DNA of 64,000 bases from Eubacteriales bacterium. GTDB lineage: Bacteria > Bacillota > Clostridia > Oscillospirales > CAG-272. The position numbers were made by a program, and so were the translations under genes. Below are positions 57,163 to 64,000 of the stretch, in pieces. The stretch covers positions 174 through 64,173 of the forward strand of contig JAZURO010000233.1 of assembly GCA_045606265.1 (NCBI GenBank). Reading direction: 5' to 3'. A model generated the notes under the pieces. It was not told where the DNA came from. It did no database searches and saw only the letters and a list, made by a program, of their open reading frames with translations. Positions within the stretch are counted from its first letter, which is position 1. Each line of letters starts with the position of its first letter.

Positions 57163-58881
57163 ATGAAAAACAGAAAAAAGAATTATCCGTTATATGAAAC
57201 AACAATATTTGAAGACTTTAGAATAATGACCGAGAACGTTGCCAATAAGTATCCTAACAAAGTTGCATATTCGTTCAAAGAGAATCCCCACAAGCCCGAG
57301 ATTACAAAGAAAACGTTTGCTGAAACAAGAACCTATATCGTTGCTATGGGTACGGGACTTGTTGATTTCGGCGTGCGTGAAAAGCATATCGCTATTGTTG
57401 GTGAAGCATCATATAACTGGGTAACTTCTTATTATGCAACTATGTCTATCGGCGCAGTTACTGTACCGATTGACAAGGAGCTCCCGGCTGATGATATCAA
57501 GAGCATTATAGAAACAGCTGAATGTGACTTTGTAATTTACAGTTCAGTAATTGATGCTAAAATCAAAGCTATTAGAGAATCTATTTCAATCTCCCCCAAG
57601 TTTATTTGTATGAGCAAAAAAACTGAAATTGAAGACGTTACAATGCTCTCTGACATTATTGCCCGTGGTGAAAAGCTCGTTGCTGACGGTGATAACTCTT
57701 ATTATGATTATGATCTTGACCCTAACAAGCTTGCGAGTATCGTGTTTACGTCAGGTACAACCGGAAAGGGAAAGGGTGTTATGCTCACGCAGACCAATAT
57801 CGTTTCCGATATGACACAGGGTATGTATAACTTCAATATCACACCCAAAACACTTTGCGTTTTGCCCCCTCATCATACATTTGGTTCAACAGTTAACTTC
57901 GTTGGTCACTATGCACAGGGAGCTGAGGTTTATATTTCAAACGGCCTTAAATACATACTTAACGAGCTTAAAGAACAACAGCCGACTCACCTTATCTTAG
58001 TTCCTCTTTTTGTTGAAACGTTCTATAAGAGAATTTGGGCAACAGCTGAAAAGCAGGGAAAAGACAAGCTTCTCCGTACAATGATTAAAGCAAGCAACGG
58101 TATGAGAAAGGTTGGTATTGACCTTCGTAAGAAGCTTTTTGCAAGTGTAACAAGCGCTTTTGGCGGAAAACTCGAAATGATTATTTGCGGTGGCGCTGCA
58201 CTTAACCAAGATATTATTGATACATTTGAAAGCATTGGTATTGTAATTCTTAACGGTTATGGAATTACCGAATGTGCCCCTCTTATTTCCTGTAACAGAA
58301 ATGAATACAGAAAGAACGGTAGTGTTGGTACGCCCATTATCGGTGAAAAGGTTAAAATTGCTGATCCCGATGAAAACGGAGAGGGAGAGATTTGTGTTAA
58401 AGGTCCCAATGTTATGATGGGTTACTATAAGAATCCCGAAGCAACCGAAGCTGCTTTTGATAAAGACGGATATTTCAAAACCGGTGACTTTGGTAAGCTT
58501 GACGAAGAAGGCTGGATCTATATTACAGGACGTCTCAAAAATCTTATCATTCTTTCAAACGGTAAGAATGTTTATCCCGAAGAAATCGAAACTGAAATTT
58601 CACGTATTTACGGTGTTAACGAGGTTGTAGTTTACGAAGGACTTAACAAAGACGGTTCAAGTAAGGATTGTATCGTTGCTGAAATTTATCCTGACTTTGA
58701 CGCCCTTAAAGCTCACGGAATTACCGATACACAAAAGCATTTCAAAGACGGAGTTAATGAGATTAACAAGAGAAGCGCACCCTATAAGAAGGTACAGATC
58801 GTTAAGATCAGAAATGAAGAATTTGAAAAGAATACTTCAAAGAAGATTATTAGATTCAAAATTAACAGAATTGTTGACTAA
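57163..58881 (+). CDS. AMP-dependent long-chain fatty-acid--CoA ligase family protein
   Basis: AMP-binding motif FTSGTTGKGKGVMLT, plus GYGITE and TGDFG. Confidence 0.9.
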   Translation: MKNRKKNYPLYETTIFEDFRIMTENVANKYPNKVAYSFKENPHKPEITKKTFAETRTYIVAMGTGLVDFGVREKHIAIVGEASYNWVTSYYATMSIGAVTVPIDKELPADDIKSIIETAECDFVIYSSVIDAKIKAIRESISISPKFICMSKKTEIEDVTMLSDIIARGEKLVADGDNSYYDYDLDPNKLASIVFTSGTTGKGKGVMLTQTNIVSDMTQGMYNFNITPKTLCVLPPHHTFGSTVNFVGHYAQGAEVYISNGLKYILNELKEQQPTHLILVPLFVETFYKRIWATAEKQGKDKLLRTMIKASNGMRKVGIDLRKKLFASVTSAFGGKLEMIICGGAALNQDIIDTFESIGIVILNGYGITECAPLISCNRNEYRKNGSVGTPIIGEKVKIADPDENGEGEICVKGPNVMMGYYKNPEATEAAFDKDGYFKTGDFGKLDEEGWIYITGRLKNLIILSNGKNVYPEEIETEISRIYGVNEVVVYEGLNKDGSSKDCIVAEIYPDFDALKAHGITDTQKHFKDGVNEINKRSAPYKKVQIVKIRNEEFEKNTSKKIIRFKINRIVD

Positions 58882-58887
58882 TAACAG

Positions 58888-58926
58888 AAAACACCCTGTA
58901 AGATATTCCTTGCAGGGTGTTTTATT
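58888..58926. terminator. Bidirectional rho-independent terminator
   Basis: ACACCCTGTAAG-atattc-CTTGCAGGGTGT with a flanking A-run and T-run. Confidence 0.85.
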
Positions 58927-59267
58927 TATGTTAATTCAATTTGTATCGCCAATGCGCCGTATTTTTCAATTTTTTCTTTGGAATAATACTGATACATATC
59001 AAATGGATCACTGATTTCATCCTCAGAATAACCTATTTCTGTCTTGTTATAGTGTTTGTATAACTCAAAAAAATCTTTATAAACGACAGTGTTGATAACT
59101 CTAACCGTCATTTCTTCGTTTGTCGTTGTGTTGGTGAAAATTATAGTATCGCCTTTTGAAACAAGACATCTTTTTTCATCATTTAATCTCATTTCAACCG
59201 TTTTTCTACCTGATTGCATTGATAGAAAAGAGTCGTTCCATAAATTCATTCTATGTATCATAAACAC
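58926..59267 (-). CDS. ASCH-domain protein
   Basis: ...SMQSGRKTVEMRLNDEKRCLVSKGDTIIF...VRVINTVVY... pattern of ASCH/PUA-like beta-barrels. 1-nt gap to the rnhA stop. Confidence 0.72.
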   Translation of the reverse strand: MFMIHRMNLWNDSFLSMQSGRKTVEMRLNDEKRCLVSKGDTIIFTNTTTNEEMTVRVINTVVYKDFFELYKHYNKTEIGYSEDEISDPFDMYQYYSKEKIEKYGALAIQIELT

Positions 59268-59268
59268 C

Positions 59269-59709
59269 TCAATCTACAAAGGAATCAGCAAAATCGGTTG
59301 CGAGTTTATCACAACGCTCATTATATGCGTGACCGGCATGTCCTTTTACCCAAACAAAAGTAATTTCGTGCTTATCAATAAGTCTTAAAAGTAGCTCCCA
59401 CAAATCGGGATTCAGCGCAGGGGATTTATCAGCTTTTTTCCATCCCTTTTCCTTCCACGAATAAACCCATTTTTTCTCAATGGCGTCTATCATATATTTT
59501 GAATCGGAATATAATGTTACTTCACATTTTTCTTTAAGAGCAGAGAGGGCTTTAATTGCGGCTGTAAGCTCCATTCTATTATTAGTTGTAGAACGTTCAC
59601 CTCCTGAAAGCTCTTTTTCTGTTTTACCGTAAACCAAGATCGCACCCCAGCCGCCTTTACCTGGATTTCCACGGCAAGCGCCATCAGTATATATGTCAAC
59701 GTGTTTCAT
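59269..59709 (-). CDS. rnhA: Ribonuclease HI
   Basis: [37 protein letters not shown] (DEDD residues plus His all present). Start moved to MKHVDIY, with a GGGAGA RBS. Confidence 0.92.
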   Translation of the reverse strand: MKHVDIYTDGACRGNPGKGGWGAILVYGKTEKELSGGERSTTNNRMELTAAIKALSALKEKCEVTLYSDSKYMIDAIEKKWVYSWKEKGWKKADKSPALNPDLWELLLRLIDKHEITFVWVKGHAGHAYNERCDKLATDFADSFVD

Positions 59710-59785
59710 AAATATCTCCCGTAATGTTAGTATATTTATATTAACATAAATATAAAATAAAGTCAATATTTTTTCTGTCATAATG

Positions 59786-59814
59786 TTGACAATAATCATG
59801 ATTTGAGGTAAAAT
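59786..59814 (+). promoter_or_regulatory. Consensus sigma-A promoter with the palindrome AATCATGATT in its spacer (candidate Fur-family operator)
   Basis: TTGACA (59786-59791), a 17-nt spacer containing AATCATGATT (59794-59803), TAAAAT (59809-59814). Confidence 0.7.
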
Positions 59815-59856
59815 ATAGAGTGGTTAATTATTATCAAAACAAAGGAGATTTTACAA

Positions 59857-60900
59857 ATGAAAATTGATATATATTCAGGTTTTTTGGGAGCAGGAAAAAC
59901 AACGCTTATCAAGAAAATGATAGCTGAGGGCTACAAAAATGAAAAGCTAATGCTTATAGAAAACGAATTTGGTCAAATTGGTATAGACGGAAGTTTTATG
60001 AAGGAATCCGGAATAAACGTAACTGAAATGAATTCCGGTTGTATTTGTTGTAGCCTGGTTGGTGACTTTTCAAAGGCACTCAAAGAAGCAATATTAACTT
60101 ATAATCCTGACCGAATCATTATTGAACCTTCAGGTGTCGGAAAGCTTTCTGACGTCATTAAAGCCACCGAGAGCGTGCTTAATGAAAATGTAGTTCTTAA
60201 CGGGCTCACCACCGTTGCAGACGTTAATAAATGCAAAATGTATATGAAAAACTTCGGTGAATTTTTCAATAACCAAATTGAAGAAGCAAAATGCATCGTT
60301 CTTAGTCATACTTCAACAGCAAATGAGAAGAAAATAGAAGAATGTGTTGCACTTATAAGAGAGAAAAATGCTAACGCAACAATTATTACAACAGATTGGG
60401 ACAAGCTTAGTGGCGAACAGATTTTGGCAGCTATCGAAAACAGCAATTCTTTGGAAAAAGCTATTGAGGAATTGAAACATCACCACGAGCATCACCATCA
60501 TGAACACGATGAACACTGCGATTGCCACGAGCATCACCATCACGAGCACGAACATCATCACGAACACGACGAACACTGCGATTGCCACGAGCATCATCAT
60601 AATCACGAACATCATCACCACCACGCTGATGAAATATTTGATTCTTGGGGAATTGAAACAGCTAGAAAATATTCGGAAAATGATATCATCAATGCTCTCA
60701 ATTCTTTTGATAACGAGGAATACGGAGTAATTCTGAGAGCAAAAGGTATTGTAGATTCAACCGACGGTGAGTGGATATATTTTGACTATATTCCCGGAAG
60801 CATAGACGTTCGTCGAGGCACAGCTGATGTAATTGGTAAGCTCTGTGTTATTGGTTCACAAATCAATCACGAAAAAATCAAAGAACTTTTTAACGTATAG
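59857..60900 (+). CDS. COG0523 (CobW/ZigA/YeiR-like) G3E GTPase metallochaperone with a His/Cys-rich tract
   Basis: Walker A GFLGAGKTT, metal motif GCICCS, IIIEPSG, and a His-rich segment HHHEHHHHEHDEHCDCHEHHHHEHEHHHEHDEHCDCHEHHHNHEHHHHH. Confidence 0.9.
   Translation: MKIDIYSGFLGAGKTTLIKKMIAEGYKNEKLMLIENEFGQIGIDGSFMKESGINVTEMNSGCICCSLVGDFSKALKEAILTYNPDRIIIEPSGVGKLSDVIKATESVLNENVVLNGLTTVADVNKCKMYMKNFGEFFNNQIEEAKCIVLSHTSTANEKKIEECVALIREKNANATIITTDWDKLSGEQILAAIENSNSLEKAIEELKHHHEHHHHEHDEHCDCHEHHHHEHEHHHEHDEHCDCHEHHHNHEHHHHHADEIFDSWGIETARKYSENDIINALNSFDNEEYGVILRAKGIVDSTDGEWIYFDYIPGSIDVRRGTADVIGKLCVIGSQINHEKIKELFNV
60501..60620 (+). repeat. Two-copy 60-bp in-frame tandem duplication inside the His/Cys-rich tract
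   Basis: Unit 1 (60501-60560) and unit 2 (60561-60620) align base for base with few mismatches: gaacacgaYgaacactgcgattgccacgagcatca... Confidence 0.85.
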
Positions 60901-60908
60901 GAGATAAA

Positions 60909-61856
60909 ATGAGAAACCAAATTCCCGTATATTTGTTTATTGGATTTCTTGAGGGCGGCAAAACGCATATGATTCAAGAATCTATGGAGGATGAGAGATT
61001 TAACTCCGGTGAAAAAACAATGATCATATCCTGCGAAGAAGGAATTGACGAATACGATATATCTCGCTTTTGGGGAAAAAACGTATATATAGAAAACATA
61101 GAAAACGAAGAAGATATTTCCCTTCAAAAATTAGAGAATATTGCGAATAAGCATATTATCGACCGCATTATCATTGAATATAACGGTATGTGGCAGCTTG
61201 AAACCCTGTTTATGAATATGCCTGAAAACTGGGACGTATATCAATGCGTAATGGCAGCTGAATGTTCAACCTTTGAGTTGTTCAATGCTAATATGCGCTC
61301 ACTGATGTTTGATAAGCTTTCTGCCTGTGAAATGCTTGTATTGAACAGGGCAACAGCTGATGCAGACAGAGAGAGTATTCATAAAATAGTAAGAGGCGTT
61401 AATCCCCGTGCTGAAATTGTATATGATTTTCCCGATGGTAGAATCGAATATGACGATATAGAAGATGAGCTTCCGTTTGATATCGATGCACCAATTATCG
61501 AAATTGATGACAAAGACTATGCAATTTGGTACCGTGATATGGGCGAAGATCTTGAAAAATACAACGGTAAGATTGTTAAATTCAAAGGTCTTGTTGCCAG
61601 AGATCCACAGATGGGCAAAAAAACCATTATTATCGGCAGACACGTGATGACCTGCTGTGCTGATGATATTACTTTTGGCGGTCTAATATGTAACTTCAAA
61701 AAGGATACGTCACTTAATACCGGAGACTGGATAATACTGACTGCCAAAATCAAGATAGAGAATCATCCCCTTTATCAAAGGAGAGGTCCTGTTCTCTATG
61801 AAGAATCCACGGGATTTGCAATCAAACCCAATCCCGAGCTTGCAACGTTTTATTAA
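60909..61856 (+). CDS. Divergent G3E-GTPase-like domain fused to a DUF1980/YcgQ-type C-terminal domain (TCCADD motif)
   Basis: Walker-A-like GFLEGGKT, IIIEYNG, LVLNRAT, but no CxCC motif (SCEEG instead). The C-terminal GRHVMTCCADDITFGGLICNF resembles the conserved CC..D motif of TIGR03943/DUF1980 proteins. Confidence 0.68.
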   Translation: MRNQIPVYLFIGFLEGGKTHMIQESMEDERFNSGEKTMIISCEEGIDEYDISRFWGKNVYIENIENEEDISLQKLENIANKHIIDRIIIEYNGMWQLETLFMNMPENWDVYQCVMAAECSTFELFNANMRSLMFDKLSACEMLVLNRATADADRESIHKIVRGVNPRAEIVYDFPDGRIEYDDIEDELPFDIDAPIIEIDDKDYAIWYRDMGEDLEKYNGKIVKFKGLVARDPQMGKKTIIIGRHVMTCCADDITFGGLICNFKKDTSLNTGDWIILTAKIKIENHPLYQRRGPVLYEESTGFAIKPNPELATFY

Positions 61857-61868
61857 TAAGGAGACGCT

Positions 61869-62564
61869 ATGCGCAACGTTTTAGAAAAGCTCAAACTAGC
61901 ATTTACAAAAAATAAAAAGCCGATATTTAAGTTATTAGTCTTTATCGGCTATGTTGTTGCGCTCATTTTTTTCTTTGTTTTTTTTGTAAATATCAATGTC
62001 GTATGTAACGTCGAAAACAACATCTACTCAGTTGATGAAATCGAATCATTGACTTCCGATTACGATTGCATCCTTATTTTGGGAGCAGGCGTTAAATCAG
62101 ACGGTAACCCCAGTCCAATGCTTCGCGACAGATTGATAACAGGTTATGAAGCCTATAATCATTTTAACTCAATACCATTATTCTTAACCGGCGACAGTGA
62201 AGATTCTGATTATTGCGAAACTGTAACGATGAAAAAAGTATTGCTTGAAAAAGGCGTCAGCGAAGAAAGTATCATCTGCGACGGATACGGTCTATCCACA
62301 TATGAGAGTATTTGGAGAGCTAAAAATGTTTACGGTTATGATAAAATATTAATTGTAAGTCAAGAATACCATTTGTACAGGGCCATCTATATAGCAAATA
62401 AAATGGGACTTGAAGCAGATGGACTTGATGCTTCTCTTACTACATACGGAAAACAGCCCTATTACACATTCAGAGAATACCTTGCACGAATTAAAGACGT
62501 TTTATACTCAGAACTGATGCCTGAACCGAAATATATTGCAAGATGGGAGGAAAGATATGAATAA
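61869..62564 (+). CDS. SanA/YdcF-family (DUF218) membrane-anchored protein
   Basis: N-terminal [41 protein letters not shown]. Confidence 0.8.
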   Translation: MRNVLEKLKLAFTKNKKPIFKLLVFIGYVVALIFFFVFFVNINVVCNVENNIYSVDEIESLTSDYDCILILGAGVKSDGNPSPMLRDRLITGYEAYNHFNSIPLFLTGDSEDSDYCETVTMKKVLLEKGVSEESIICDGYGLSTYESIWRAKNVYGYDKILIVSQEYHLYRAIYIANKMGLEADGLDASLTTYGKQPYYTFREYLARIKDVLYSELMPEPKYIARWEERYE

Positions 62565-64000
62565 ATTCAAGCTTGTTTCTTCATATCAACCCACGGGTGA
62601 TCAGCCGCAGGCAATAGATGAACTTACAAAGGGCGTGTTGCGTGGCGACAGAATGCAAACGCTTCTCGGAGTGACTGGATCGGGAAAAACGTTCACTATG
62701 GCTAACGTAATAGCAAATGTTAACCGACCAACACTTGTTTTGGCTCATAATAAAACCCTTGCTGCACAGCTTTGTTCTGAATTCCGTGAATTTTTCCCTG
62801 AGAATGCTGTCGAATATTTTGTTTCGTACTATGATTATTATCAACCTGAGGCATATATACCGGGTAAAGACGTCTATATAGAAAAAGATGCACTTGTTAA
62901 TGATGAAATTGATATGCTCAGACACAGCGCAACTTCGTCATTGTTTGAGCGCCGTGACGTCATTATAGTCGCATCTGTATCTTGCATATATTCACTCGGT
63001 GATCCCGAGGAATATAAAAATCTTGTTATAGATCTCCGTCCAGGTATGGAGATGTCAAGAGATCAGCTTATAAGAAGGCTAATTTCAATCAGCTATGACC
63101 GAAACGATATAAATTTTGTTAGAGACAATTTCCGTGTTCGCGGTGATACGGTTGAAATTTTACCTGCATCAAGTCACGATAAAGCAATTCGTGTTGAATT
63201 CTTTGGTGATGAAATTGACAGAATATCTGAAATCAATATAGTTACGGGCGAGGTATTGAGAATAATGTCATACGTTCCGATATTTCCCGCAACTCATTAT
63301 GCAGTTTCTGATGATAAAAGAGAAGCTGCCATAAATGAAATTATGCAGGAAATGAATGAGCGTGTTGAGTTTTTCCAAAGTCAGAATAAATATCTCGAAG
63401 CACAAAGAATAAGTGAACGTGTAAAGTACGATATGGAAATGCTCCGTGAAGTCGGATTTTGTTCAGGAGTAGAGAACTATTCAAGAGTGCTTTCGGGAAG
63501 ACCCGTTGGAAGTACACCTTATACGTTGCTCGATTATATGCCGGAAGATTTCTTGCTTTTAGTTGACGAATCTCACGTTTCATTGCCTCAGGTCAGAGGT
63601 ATGAGTGGCGGAGATACAGCAAGAAAGAAAAATCTGATTGATTTCGGATTCCGTTTGCCATCGGCATATGATAACCGTCCTCTGCGGTTTGAGGAATTTG
63701 AAGATAAGATTCATCAAGCCATTTTTGTAAGTGCAACACCTGCTGAATACGAAAAAGAGCATTCCACTCAGATCGTTGAGCAGATCATTCGCCCTACGGG
63801 ACTTGTTGATCCCGAGATCATCGTGCGTCCAATAGAAGGACAAGTTGATGATCTTATGGGTGAAGTAAAAATTCGTGTAGCAAAGAATGAACGAGTCCTT
63901 GTAACAACGCTCACTAAACAAATGGCAGAGGACTTAACTGAGTATCTGAAAAACAACGGTATAAAGGTACGGTATATCCATTTTAACGTTGATACAATGG
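62557..64000 (+). CDS. uvrB: Excinuclease ABC subunit B (N-terminal ~481 aa; continues beyond the window)
   Basis: Absent from the ORF track because it runs off the right edge. The ATG at 62557 overlaps the upstream stop. Translation [23 protein letters not shown]..., Walker [14 protein letters not shown] box (LLVDESHV). Confidence 0.95.
   Translation, partial: MNKFKLVSSYQPTGDQPQAIDELTKGVLRGDRMQTLLGVTGSGKTFTMANVIANVNRPTLVLAHNKTLAAQLCSEFREFFPENAVEYFVSYYDYYQPEAYIPGKDVYIEKDALVNDEIDMLRHSATSSLFERRDVIIVASVSCIYSLGDPEEYKNLVIDLRPGMEMSRDQLIRRLISISYDRNDINFVRDNFRVRGDTVEILPASSHDKAIRVEFFGDEIDRISEINIVTGEVLRIMSYVPIFPATHYAVSDDKREAAINEIMQEMNERVEFFQSQNKYLEAQRISERVKYDMEMLREVGFCSGVENYSRVLSGRPVGSTPYTLLDYMPEDFLLLVDESHVSLPQVRGMSGGDTARKKNLIDFGFRLPSAYDNRPLRFEEFEDKIHQAIFVSATPAEYEKEHSTQIVEQIIRPTGLVDPEIIVRPIEGQVDDLMGEVKIRVAKNERVLVTTLTKQMAEDLTEYLKNNGIKVRYIHFNVDTM

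Overview
Dense chromosomal core segment from a low-GC, spore-forming Firmicutes (Clostridia-like) genome. Support for that call: sigG, a DUF1540 gene, a YlbF/YmcA-family gene, and gene order resembling Bacillus (trmK-nif3, miaB-ymcA-mutS-mutL, greA-lysS, tig-clpP-clpX, lepB-rbgA-rnhB-yraN). I call 59 protein-coding genes. Two of them run off the window edges and so are missing from the ORF track: a lipoprotein at 1-2083(-) and uvrB at 62557-64000(+). I saw no rRNA, tRNA, CRISPR array, integrase or transposase. Several track ORFs start too far upstream; I moved those starts to the ATG that has a Shine-Dalgarno sequence. Most of the window is ordinary housekeeping, and I found no clear novel multi-gene system such as a defence island. 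The less ordinary places are: (1) 1-8279, a CUT1-type ABC importer co-oriented with a thermonuclease lipoprotein and a large OB-fold lipoprotein, possibly an extracellular nucleic-acid scavenging locus; (2) a ~200-nt structured leader with anti-SD pairing ahead of a CNNM/CorC transporter, which I could not assign to a riboswitch class; (3) a MazF/EndoA toxin with no antitoxin gene, sitting after topB with no terminator between them; (4) a COG0523 metallochaperone pair, one with a His/Cys-rich tract carrying a 60-bp tandem duplication and the other a GTPase-like domain fused to a DUF1980-type 'TCC..D' domain, behind a promoter carrying a Fur-family-like palindrome; (5) several apparent pseudo-enzymes or variants: a metallophosphoesterase with degenerate motifs, an E2-like acyltransferase with His->Glu, and an ABC D-loop Asp->Ala; (6) a Cys-rich protein just downstream of sigG. 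All family assignments come from motif recognition by eye. No database searches or folding calculations were run.
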